This document shows, one piece after another, positions 12,357 through 23,866 of a stretch of 64,000 nucleotides of DNA; the first letter of the stretch is position 1, and each line of letters starts with the position of its first letter. The notes under the pieces were generated by a model that saw only the letters and a program-made list of their open reading frames with translations, searched no databases and was not told where the DNA came from. The position numbers and the translations under genes are program-made. The DNA comes from the human T2T-CHM13v2.0 reference genome, Homo sapiens: NCBI RefSeq assembly GCF_009914755.1, contig NC_060931.1, one strand, 5' to 3'.

Positions 12357-13494
12357 TGTAAACTATAGAGAGCCGGGTTACAGTGGTATAGAAACTTGTG
12401 TAAGCCTTAGCAAATACCATATCTCTTGGTTTTATTTAATAAATTGAAACTTTCTAGCAGGCCCGACTCTGCATAGCTAAGTCAGAGATGCAAGAAATGT
12501 AAAATTTATATTTTCTTTAATAGCGAGAGGGTAAGGAATTCAGTCTCAGTTATTATTGCCCACCCTTGCCACACCCCACTGCATCCAGGGAGGCTTATAC
12601 ATGGGGCTCAGAAAATGAGGACACAGTAGCTACCCACAGCCTCAATGCCTGAGCCATCAGTGGAGTCAACTCCAGGGCTCACTATGGCTAAGGCTGGGGC
12701 TTCTGGTGCCCAGTCCTTCTGTGTCCCATGCCTCCATCTCTGGATGATGTCTTGTTACCTTGGGCTGTGGGCTGCTGCCTCTGAGCCAACTCAGGTACCG
12801 GCTGCCTCTTACTCTCTCAGTTCCGTCTCTTCAGGGAGCCCTGGCTATGGAAAACCAAAGCTGGAAAGAAAAGTATTTCCAGGCTACTTTTATTCATGGG
12901 GGCCCCATTACAAACTTCCTTGGAGGTGAGGAGGCACAAAATGATCTGGGGTAACATTGTAGGAAAAGGGGCAGGGGGAGGGCCAGTAGAAGAAAAGCAC
13001 ACATTACTATCAATACATTTACCCTTGCGAAGTGAGGGCACTGAGCCCTTTGTGACAGCGTTATTTGAGGATGGAGTGAGTTACTGTACTGAAAATGCAA
13101 GGTAGAGTGCTCAGCACACAGTAGGTCCATGGGATTTTAAGTCTCCTGCCCTCCTCGAGGCGAGACGCTTGCCTGATTTCCAGGCCAGAAGCCTGCAGTT
13201 CTGCTTGTCCTTGCCTGAGGGCTCATTTGTGTCACACTTGCCATTGTGTTTGGATGACTTCCTCCAGCTGCAGCTTTTCTTCCCCTTCTCCTTTTATGGG
13301 ATGGACTCTAAGCCAAGGGTACTTCATCTGGAGTCCATAGAACCCAGGCTTCATTTCCATGGATGACCTCAGAGAGTTTCAGTTTGTTTGGAAGTTTTAT
13401 ATTTTATCTATATTCTTTTGTTTGCTTAACCTTAAATTTTTAACAAATACATATTTTTTTCCTAGCAAAAGTATCAGATATACTCATCTGTTGT

Positions 13495-13600
13495 TTCTTA
13501 GCAGATGTCAATTTAGTAGATGTGGGATGGGGCCTGAGATTCTGCATTTCTGACAGGCTCCCAGGTGATTCCTGTTCGGCTGGTGTGATCTCATTACATG
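13495..13600. mobile_element. MER5A fragment
   Basis: gtgggatggggcctgagattctgcatttctgacaggctcccaggtgat is the MER5A core. Confidence 0.75.
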
Positions 13601-14380
13601 AGCAAGGCCAAAGAGGCCTTCCGAATTTGTGGACTTACCTCCCATTGCCCATTAGCCCATGAGCTGCCATTTTCTTTTTGCAAGATACGCAGTCATCAGA
13701 AGCAGCATCTGAAATCCTTATAATTACATGCCACAGCCCCTTGATCTCCCAGTGTCTTGACTTCTGCCTGCACATCATCCTAGTTAAGCATGGGTAAAAG
13801 CATAAGTAATTGCACACCAGGGGCTATTACCATCCCGTTCACCTCCAGCTATGGAGCCCCTAGTGCTTTCAGATGGATGGCCAGTCTAACTTCAAAATTC
13901 CATTGTGAAGACCTACTTCTTGTTATACAACTACTCCCAGTATCAGTGATTTTCTCAAGAGGACAGAGCCTGGGGCAAGGATTAAAGTGATGGCTGTTTG
14001 AGAACACAAACTCAGGGAAGGGAGGGTGAGGACAAAGGGCAGCAACCAAGGGAATATGTGAGGCCATGCAGAGTGGTGCTGCCTGCACCTGGGAGTGCCT
14101 CTTTCCAAGAGCCATGAAGAGGCTGAGCAGGTGCAGCTACACAGCCCTTTTTTTCGAGGCCTACAGAAGAGAACTAATCATCTGGCATATTCCTAGTTGG
14201 TGGGAGCAGAGGGGGAATTCTCTGCTCAGCTTCGGCTTCTTTTCTTTTCCTATGATGCACCCGCTGGGCAGGATGCCAGAGCCCACCAACATTGTTCTTC
14301 CCAAACTGGAAGTGGCAGACACTCTGGGTGTGCTGTTGGGCAGTCTGGCTACAGGAGGCATCCAAAGAAAGGGGGGTGGT

Positions 14381-14680
14381 ACCAGGCAGGGTGGCTCACG
14401 CCTGTAATCCCAGCACTTTGGGAGGCTGAGGCAAGCGGATCATCTGAGGTTGGAAGTTCGAGACCAGCCTGACCAAGATGGAGAAACCCCATCTCTACTA
14501 AAAATACAAAATTAGCTGGGCATGGTGGCGCATGCCTGTAATCACAGCTACTCATGAAGGCTGAGGCAGGAGAATCGCTTGAACCTGGGAGACGGAGGTT
14601 GCGGTGAGCCGAGTTCACGCCATTGCACTCCAGCCTAGGCAACAAGAGCGAAACTCTGTCTCAAAAAAAAAGAAGGAATG
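14381..14680 (+). mobile_element. Alu, AluSp-like, full length
   Basis: Dimeric Alu with Sp-type positions (ctgaccaagatggagaaa, ggttgcggtgag, caacaagagcgaaac). 16-bp TSD at 14364-14379 / 14681-14696 with one mismatch. Confidence 0.95.
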
Positions 14681-15391
14681 AAAGAAAGGTGGGTGGCATT
14701 CCCAGGGCAAGTGGCTGGTCAGCCCTTGCTGTGGGTGTGGAGTCTGAGGAGGTGCATGCAATCTGTGTCCACTACAGCACCTGAAGGTTAGAGCACCAGG
14801 GCAGGGCACCTTGCCGTCTCTGTATGTGGGATAGGGCAAAGAGAAGAGAGGAAATTACGTTCATTGTTGATAATCTATAGCAACTGGCTTTTCCTTTTGA
14901 GCCCACGTGATAGAGAACTAGGAAGTCTTCTATTTCTGTTTTGTCAAAATACTGAGTCAGCTGGAATGAAAAGGACACTAATTTATCAGTGGAGACCTGC
15001 CTGTCCCCAAGCACATGGCAGCTGTCTTAACTGCTCATCAAACTCGCTCTCATCTGTTGGCTGGGGGACGTCTCTTCCTTGCTCCTGAAGTTGTCTTGTG
15101 TGTGAAGGCCGCTGCCTGAGTACAGCATTCCTGGCCTCCCCCACCTCCCTCTGTCTCAGGGATGGAGAAGTGACTTTTCTGCCTTTTTTTTTCAGGGTTC
15201 TGTTCAGCAGGGTGCACATCCCTTCTTTCTGCTCTTCCCTGTCATTAGTCTTCCAGGTCTCCCCTCAGCCCCTGCCACCACCGCATATACCCTTTGCCTT
15301 TTTACTCAGTTGGATGAGTGTAAAGAAGAAGAAAAGAACTGGCTTTTTGGGCCTCTCCAAAGGTCTCAGCCCCACCGTGTGACAAGACTGG

Positions 15392-15552
15392 AGTTCTGTG
15401 ACATTGGCAAGTTACTGAATCTCATGAGACCTCAGTTTTCTTATAAAATGAGAATAATAATAATACCTATTTCATGGTGTAGTGTGTAGGAATTAAGTGA
15501 GATAATATGGGCAAGATTTCTAACCCTTAGAAAGTACTCAATAATGATAGTT
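15392..15552 (+). mobile_element. MIR
   Basis: ctgtgacattggcaagttactgaatctc...cctcagttttcttataaaatgagaataataataatacct. Confidence 0.85.
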
Positions 15553-16797
15553 CTTGTTACTGTGATCTACAGGCTTTGGAGAGATTAAAAATAAGCCTGG
15601 TTCTCCTTCTGGGTAAGGCCCTTGTCATTTTCGGGTATGGCTGGGCAAGTTCCATTGCATTGATGGATAATTCTAATGTTTTCTATTCAGGGAATCTCTG
15701 AGGATAGCTCTAATTCTTATTTTATGAGTGTGGAAATGTGTTTCTCTCATTTCCCTCAGCATCGATTTCTGTTTCAGAGTTGATGCAGAGGCGTGGATAG
15801 TAAGGTGTGTTTTCCTTCAAACCTGGGATCTTGCCACTTCCCTCTCATTTGAATGATGTGGTTTTGAAATCAGTGCTGCTGATACCCTCTCTTTCCTCAG
15901 AATGATGTGAGCTTCATAAACCCCTTTATGCATAAAACCAAACTTGAGAGCTGAGGCTTTGGACTCTGTGTGTGAGAAGCCTCAGAAAAAGAAATCACAC
16001 TTCATTAACAAGAAGAATGGCTTCGGAAAAAAGCATGTACAGTATACAACATGTTAGTACATTTCCAGGAAATGATGGCAAATCAGTCAAATCAAGTTGC
16101 AGATGTAGTCAGGAAATTCTCTCATGATTGTGAGTTTCCCATACAAGATTTTGGTGGATAAAGTCAAATGAGTTATACCCAGTACTTCAAAAGCACAGCA
16201 GTGCCAGCTCATCCTCAAGTCACCTTTGGATTGAAATCTTCCACAATGCAGTTCATGACTTTGCTGTTGAATTATGAAGTGTTTGTGTCTGTGCTGTAAG
16301 GTGTTGGGATTCAGGAATAGAATCAAATTCCAGAGAAATACCACCACAACCACCGTCCCAGAACACCAGCAACCTTTCTCTTTCCTCAAGGAAGGCTTCT
16401 TTCCCTCATGGTTCATGTGCTTTGCTTCTTTTATAGTTTCTGATGCTCTGGTATTAAAGGGAATTCCTGCCGAGGGGCCTTTATATTCTGGATATCACAT
16501 ATGCTATAGGATAGGTTTTGTCCTTTCTGACTTTAAAAAGGATAAATTTAAAGACAATACTGTTGCTGCTGTTGCCAAGTCATAATCAGTATAATATGTC
16601 TTTAGGGGCAGTAATTCATTCCCAGTATTCTCACCAAAAAGAAACATTTAAGGTTATTCTTTTCAGGCCACTCCTGAAGATTGTTGTCACGTCATTTATT
16701 ATCTTTATGATCAGTGTGTTCCTAAGCTATGATTGCTGTGTAGAGAGGCAGATTTTCTTACACATTGCTTAAAATATTGTTTGTATTTTTCAACTAG

Positions 16798-16908
16798 GTG
16801 GTTGTACTACAATCCCAGAGTCAGACCTAGAAGAAAGATCAGTAGAACAAGACTCTACAGAACTGTTTACCAACCACAGACATCTCACTGCAGAGACACC
16901 CAGGCCTG
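16798..16908 (+). CDS. BBS9: BBS9 penultimate coding exon (111 nt, phase 1-1): xGCTTIPESDLEERSVEQDSTELFTNHRHLTAETPRP
   Basis: Acceptor ttgtatttttcaactag ends at 16797; donor CTG|gtaaga at 16909. The frame is open, and the peptide matches the human BBS9/PTHB1 C-terminal region from memory. Confidence 0.92.
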
Positions 16909-17127
16909 GTAAGAGACTGGATGGCCTTCACAAGCGTTAGTTAAGTCAGAAGCAGTGACAATCTGGTCAGTTTTTGTCATACCAGAGAGCATTCCGCAAA
17001 GCTGCTTGTTTTCCAATTTCTTCATTCTTCCCCTTAGCACTGGTGCAGCTGAATTTGATCCTTTGTGTATTCCTGTCACTATTCAGATCTTTTCTCTCTC
17101 TTTCTCTCTTACTCTCTTTTTTTCCAG

Positions 17128-17159
17128 AAGTTTCACCCCTCCAAGGAGTCTCGGAATAA
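17128..17159 (+). CDS. BBS9: BBS9 terminal coding exon segment: EVSPLQGVSE*
   Basis: A long polypyrimidine tract (17088-17125) and CAG end at 17127. G from the previous exon plus AA GTT TCA CCC CTC CAA GGA GTC TCG GAA TAA gives EVSPLQGVSE-stop. Confidence 0.92.
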
Positions 17160-18001
17160 TTCAAGTAGAGTTGTTTGGTTGAGAGGAACATCCCCATCTC
17201 AAGGCCGAACCTGTGTGAACCTCATGCCAAGCACAGATATAGGGCTGGCGCAGGTGCTTCCTAAAGCTCACCTTCCTGGAGATGACATGCATAGAAAGAG
17301 GGGTTGGGACTTTTTACTTCACTAGGAGAACTTGTAACACCATGGGGAAGTCAGCTGAAACTTGTCTTGTTTTGCCAGGAAAGGAAGTAGTTGCCTTTGG
17401 TCATCCATCTGCTAATAGTCACAGAATACAGTGAAATGACATAGTTTTGGGTTAGATTTTATAATGCAAAGATTCAGATCCAAAATAATTTCATACCCCA
17501 TTTTTTCACAGAATTCTTATATAGTAAATGTATCAAGTTTAATAAAGCATCTCATTGTCAAATAATATCTTGGATTTTATTTATAATTAGAGGGATTTAT
17601 GAGTGATTGCTCTACATTATTTCTTCAAAGGAAAGGAAAGGAATTGAAGACTTTGCTACTCTCTGGTAAGACTTGAATGTGATTATTTTATAAATAAAAG
17701 AACCACTATGAAACTTTCATGTGATTTGTTCTATTAAGCTAAACGTGGAAGAAGGGAAGTTTTCTAGTATTGTATGAAAATGTTTAAATATTTTCAAGGA
17801 AGCTAGTACATTAACATCCCCTTTTCATTACCCCATTGGGTGGCACCTTTTAAAAATCCAGGTTATTAAAGGATTCACACTTTATTACAGTTAAAATTTA
17901 AGGTTTTTATGTGTAAGAAGTGAAAGAAACTTTGCTAATTTCAAGTTCGAATTACAGTTGTGAGATTGATTTATTTAAATAAAAATATGCCTTTGCCAGT
18001 T
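17160..18001 (+). other. BBS9: BBS9 3' UTR (end approximate)
   Basis: Follows the stop codon; unique AT-rich sequence containing several poly(A) hexamers. Confidence 0.75.
17541..17983 (+). terminator. Tandem polyadenylation signals of BBS9
   Basis: AATAAA at 17541-17546, 17693-17698 and 17978-17983; ATTAAA at 17865-17870. Confidence 0.7.
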
Positions 18002-19349
18002 TTGGAATGCCTCTCAGTACAAAGGGGAAAGTTGTTCATGGTTTTTCTATATGTGAAATGTCAAAAAAAAACTGCAGAGGATGTATTACTTATTATTTGT
18101 AGCATCCTCTTTTAGGAGATGCAGATATATTATCAAAATAACATCATTATGATCATTTATAGCCATGATATGAGCATAAAATTTTACTGAAATTATCATT
18201 TTCTCTTTAAGTCCTTTATGTCAAAAAGTAAACCTATCAGTGAAATACAAAAACAATTATAGAGATGGTTCTGAAAGAGCAACAGAAGGCTGTGTGGATT
18301 CTATTGGATGCTGTCTTCTCAACGGCCTTGTGATTTATGCAGTGTTGAATTAGCTGGCATTATTTTTATGTTTTAGCAGGTGAACTATGGAAGCTATGTG
18401 GACATTACATGCATTAAGGGTTTTGTTGCTTTGGACTGGAAAATATATAACTTATGGTACGGCACAACTGCCAAGGCCTAATCAGAGTAAGATGCCTCTT
18501 GGAATAACCACTTTCCCCAGTGCTTAATGTCTGGAGCAGAGAGGGTCTCTATTCTGGCTAATGTGGGGAAAACGTTACCAACACCCTACTTCCCAGATTT
18601 TTTTGCCATCATTTCATTTTAATTGTAAACTCAGACCCCAACCCTTCACTTCAAGGCTCATTTTGAATCAATTATCTCCTTATCCCTACACCAAGAGCCA
18701 CATTCGAGGTCCTCTTGGAATAAGTGGACAAGGCATCATGGACTGTACTTTTAGCCCTATTTTCTGGCCCTTTATTATATTCTCCTCGTTTTTGTCTTTT
18801 TATTTTGCTTCAACATTTAGTGTATTCTCTCTTGTTGTGTCTCTCTTATATGCCCCTTAAATCATTTCTATAATGGAATGGGGAAATGAATATAGTCCCA
18901 CTGTCTCCTCTTAAGGTTCTCCTAATCACCTTTCTTGGCATTCATCTTCCGCTCTTTAGAATCCCTGGAGAACTCTATGCCTCTCTACATACCTCTCTCT
19001 TACTTATTGTATTTCAGAAGTCATGTTTTCCTTTCCTGGTAGGATAGATTTGCAAGCTCCTTGGACATAACTGTTCTTGGATTCTTTTCGCTGCTTGGTA
19101 AATATTTGTTGTATCAAAAGGTCAACTAATCTCCTAAAAGAAGTCAACAAGTCATAGAGAAATGGAGAAGCCGGTGATTTAGAACATTGTGGTCTAACCT
19201 TCCTAATTTAGTATTTCAGTTTATGCTGAGAGGAAGCTGATGTGACTGTCCTACTATTTTTTCTTAAATTTGGCTTTGAAGAGAGATTTGAATCTTGAAA
19301 ATTCAATACTTAATGATTTTGTTCATGAGTACTTGGGTAACATTGATTT

Positions 19350-21800
19350 AAACACAGGATTCAGGTTTTAAATAAGATGAATAAAAATTCTAATACAACA
19401 TTAGTTACAAAAATGAACATTTATTTAGAATAAGAAAAGAATAACAAGTCACATTTGTAAAAAGCTGATAATCACCATATATATCACAAAATCTATACAA
19501 ATATTTATATTAACTACTTGATATACCTTTTTAACAATTCTGCATTTTCTTGCACACATTTCTTATTCACTTCTTTAATTATAGACAATTTGTAATTTCA
19601 TTTTGTATACAGTGAATTAAAAGATAATTTTTTCTCTGAAATTGTTGATCAGACTTTTTTAAAAAAAATTACTGATAGTTTGCAAAAGCTTCTTTCAGCT
19701 TTACAACTCATCATTTGTAATGTCAGCCAGGTTTTTAGGATTATATTATCAGGGCATTTTAATTTTTCTTATGCAGTGATACATTTTAAATAGCCATGCA
19801 ATTGATAGCTCTCTTTTTTTTTTTTTAGATAATTTCAACTTTTATTTTAAATTCAGGAGGTACACATGCAAGTTTCTTACCTGGGTATACTGGGTGATGC
19901 TGAGGTTTGGGGTACAATTGATTCCATTACCCAGGTACTAAGCATAGTACCCAATAGCTATTTTTTAACCTTTGGCCCCTCTCCCTACCTCTAGTAATCC
20001 CCAGTGTCTATTGTTGTTATCTTCAAGTCCATGAGTACCCATTGTTTAGTTCCCACTTATAAGTGAGAACATGTGGTATTTGGTTTTCTGTTCTGGCATT
20101 AATTTGCTTAGGATAATGGCCTCTAGCTACATTCATATTGCTGAAAAAGACATGATCTTTTTTATAACTGCATAGTATTCTGTGGTATACGTGTACCACA
20201 TTTTCTTTATCCAGTCCACCATTGATGGGCACCTAGGTTGATTCCATGTCTTTACTATTGTGAATAGTGCTGCAATGAACGTATAAGTACCTATGCCTTT
20301 TGGTAGAATTATTTATTTTCTTTTGGATATATACTCAGTAGTGGGATGACTAGGTGGAATGGTAGTTCTAAGTTCTTTGAGAAATCTCCAAACTGCTGTC
20401 TACAGTGGCTGAACTAATTTACATTTCCAGCAAAAGTGTACAAGCATTTCCTTTTCCCCACAGCCTTGCCAGCTATTGTTTTTTGACTTGTTAATAATAG
20501 CCATTCTGACTGGTGTGAGAGGGTGTCTCATTGTGGCTTCAATTTGCATTTCTCTGGTGATTATTGATGTTGAACATCTTTTCATGTTTGTTGAATGCTT
20601 GCCTGTTCATGTCTTTTGCACATTTTTAAATGGGATTATTTGTTTTTTGCTTGTTTATTTGTTTAGGTTCCTTATAGATTGTGGATATTAGACCTTTGTT
20701 GGGTGCATAGTTTGCACATATTTTCTCCTATTCAATGGGTTGTCTTTTTACTCTGTTGATAGTGTCTTTTATGATGCAGAAGCTCTTTAGTTAATTAGGT
20801 CCTACTTATCAATTTTTGTTTTTGTTGCATTTGCTTTTGAGGACTTACTCATAAGTTGTTTCCTAAGACCAATGTCCAGAATGATGTTTCCTAGGTTTTC
20901 TTCCAGTATTCTTATAGCTTGAGGTCTTACATTTAAATCTTTTATCCATTTTGAGTTAATTTTTGTATATAATGACAGATAGGGGTCCAGTTTTATTTTT
21001 CTTTCTATGACTAGTTACATATTCTAGCACCATTTATTGAACAGGGATCCCTTTCCCCATTGCTTATTTTTGTTGACTTTGTTGAGGATCAAATGGCTGT
21101 AGGCGTGTGACTTTATTGCTGGGTTCACTATTTTGTTCCATTGGTCTTTGTGGAAATTGACAACTCATTAGCCAGTTTATCATCAAAATCCTCATTGAAA
21201 TGATCTTCATTACCACTAGTATTTTATTTCAAATCAGCAAGAAGATATTTAAATATTTTTCGAATATGTTCATGCGATTTACTCTTCTTCATTAGCTAGA
21301 TTATTAGACAATCCAAAGTCTGCTTATTCTCTTTCAAATGTATCATCTCATCTTAATGAGTTAATTTTGGTATGATTTGAAAATGTTTTTGTTATAATTT
21401 GCTTATTGACAGAATAACTTTTATCCATTTTATATAGGAGTTAATTGGGAAAGTTATTTTATGATGAGTTTGTAATTGTATACTCTGAATTATTAAATAT
21501 ATTCTTAACAGGCAAGAAATTCTCCTTTGACTTGGGGTCCATGAAACTGGAATCTTACTGCTTCTGCTTTTACATGTCTGATGGTCAGGACGTCAGATTT
21601 CATATGTTTCAAATCATATTTTATCTCCAACACATTTATGCTTCTGGTGCCAGGCTGCATAGAACATGCTTATTTAGTGATACAGCGTTTTGCTCCACAC
21701 CTTCCTCTTATGACACTGGCTTAAGTGAGAGCAGTGGGTGGTAATGATATTCCTGGAATCCATTCTTCCAGCAGAATAGCTATCAGTAATTTAACCATAT
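19350..21800 (-). mobile_element. hAT-Tip100-type (Arthur1/Zaphod-like) transposase fossil, split by an L1; outer limits uncertain
   Basis: The minus strand of ~19600-19746 translates to ILKTWLTLQMMSCKAERSFCKLSVIFFKKV*STISEKKL, resembling the hAT C-terminal dimerisation motif. The minus strand at ~21155-21214 gives [14 protein letters not shown]. Confidence 0.7.
19812..21154 (-). mobile_element. 5'-truncated L1PA15/16-like element
   Basis: Poly(T), reverse L1 3' UTR (gatgctgaggtttggggtacaa) and reverse ORF2 end. Degenerate TSD aattgatagctc (19800-11) / aattgacaactc (21155-66). Confidence 0.92.
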
Positions 21801-22220
21801 ACAGAGTTGTCTGTAATCCACATAAATATATCCAGTTAGCCCAAGTTGAATGTCTCCCCAACTCAACTTCCCTTTAGCCAGATTGTCAAGGCCACCACCC
21901 TTCCAATGCCTGCTACAAGGGGAAGACAGGCAGAAGAGACAGTAGTTTTCACCAATCATGATTAAAATGTCTTTTTTCAAATTGTGCAAAAGCATATGAC
22001 CATACACCTGGGCAAGGAACTGCCCTGAAGTTTAAGCCTGATTAGCATCACAGTAAATCTGTTTATAACAGGAGAGAGTGAGCGAGCGAGATAGAGAGAG
22101 AGAATAGAAACTACACTTTAAATTATTGGTTTGTTAATTTCCTCCATGGTTGAAATAACTCCAAAATATGTATGGGATAGCACTATGAGTGTGGCGGGTG
22201 GAAAGGGCAGATTTTGTAAG

Positions 22221-22627
22221 TGTCTTATTTCTGTACTGCTATAACAGAATACCACAGACTGGGTAATTTATAAAGAATAGAAATTAATTTCTTAGCATTC
22301 TGGAAGCTGGGAAGTCCAAGATCAAGGCACCAGAAGGTTTGGTATCTGGTAAGGGTCCAACTCCCACTTCCAAGACGGCGCCTTGCATTCTCCAGAGGCA
22401 GGAAGCAATGCTGTTCTTTGCGTGGCAGAAGAGCCAAGAGAGGGCAAGAGAGAAAGAGGGAGTAGGGGGCAAAATTCAACTTTTGATAATGAACCCACTT
22501 TCAAGATAATGACATTAATCTCTTCATGAGGGCAGAGCCCCCATGGCCTAATCACCTCTTAACAGTCTCGCCTCTAAATACTGTTTCGACACGACTTTTG
22601 GAGGGAACAAACATTCAAACCATAACA
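22221..22627 (-). mobile_element. MaLR solo LTR (MSTD/MSTC-like)
   Basis: TG...CA ends; exact 5-bp TSD gtaag (22216-20 / 22628-32); the reverse strand begins tgttatggtttgaatgtttgttccctcc. Confidence 0.92.
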
Positions 22628-23344
22628 GTAAGGAGGTATTCAAAATTCCCTTAAATATACTATAGGTCTTCTTAAGTTTGCCAGTGTGAGCCTCGACCTA
22701 GCTTTGGGCTCAAATGTAAGTACACTTTTACTTTTCATTTTTAGTAATTAATTGTTCCCTGAGAAATATCAGCAAACCTTTATGGACTAGCAAAACAGCA
22801 ATTCTCTGTTCGCTGTCTTGGTTTTGTGGAGAGATGTTTCACCTTATACATTCAGGGACAGTTCTACTAATGCTTATTTCTTAGCAGCCACTCCATGAAT
22901 TGTCCCAAAAGGGACTGAGTCAGTCTTGTATCTCAGTTGGCTGAAGGGTCGGTTTTAGATAAAAAGTTCACAGCAAGCTGTCAGATTGAAGAGGGCCCAG
23001 CCGCTTCATTGGCTCCAGGATCATCAGATTGGAGAAAGTGAAGAGGTTTAAAATGCTATTAAATTGATGAAATTCTGTTTAACAGGCTACAGTAATCATG
23101 TTTATTCCGTCTGGTACCAGTTCCAGAAAGAGAAGTTCATGATGTCACCTGTGAACTCTCATTTCTATGTGCCAGGCCTCCCAAAAGAACATTAAGATCA
23201 TCTGAATATGAAGAACAGTTGGAACTAAATTCTTTTATGTAAACAAAAAAATCTAGAAACTTTATCTTCTCAGTTAGAACAGAGTACTGATTAAGCCCAG
23301 ACACAAGTCACTTACCACTTTGTGAAATTTAGGTCTGTAATATT

Positions 23345-23850
23345 CATTGAATCCTTTAATATTATCTTCTTTAATATTATAATATTTAATATAATAATAA
23401 TATAATATATTATAATAATGTAATATTATATATAAGGTATATTATATATAATATTAAAGTATTATATTTATTCCTTTATATAATATTATATATTATATGT
23501 AATATATAAGGTATATATTATATAATAATATTATTTAATTAATTAATATTAATTATTTAATAATATTATTATATAAGGTATATTATATATTAAATGATTG
23601 ATATTTAATCCTTAATTAATAATTAATATTAATATATATAAGGTGTATTATATATAATATTAAAGGATTATATTTATTCCTTTATATAATATTATATAAT
23701 ATTATTATATAATAATATTATATATGGTATATATTATACCTTAAACCTTATATATAATATTATTATATAATATTATTATATAATAATATATAAAGGAATA
23801 AATATAATCCTTTAATATTAAAGGATAAAATATATCCTTTAATATTAAGA
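23345..23850. repeat. AT-rich low-complexity tract with inverted repeats
   Basis: About 500 bp almost entirely A/T; perfect 34-bp inverted arms at 23655-23688 and 23787-23820. Confidence 0.93.
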
Positions 23851-23866
23851 AGTTAACATTTCTTAA

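Larger units (their letters stand above)
1..16797 (+). other. BBS9: Distal part of a large BBS9 intron (upstream exon outside the window)
   Basis: No recognisable BBS9 coding exon upstream of 16798; repeat-rich; ends in a canonical acceptor. Confidence 0.75.

Noticed and set aside
14349-14645. Alu-derived ORFs (also 33803-34192, 39622-40005, 49706-50188, 53266-53538)
   Set aside because: Typical antisense-Alu translations ([15 protein letters not shown]).
17065-17325. Longer alternative frames over the last exon (KFHPSKESRN..., SFTPPRSLG...)
   Set aside because: The phase-1 donor of the preceding exon dictates the EVSPLQGVSE frame.
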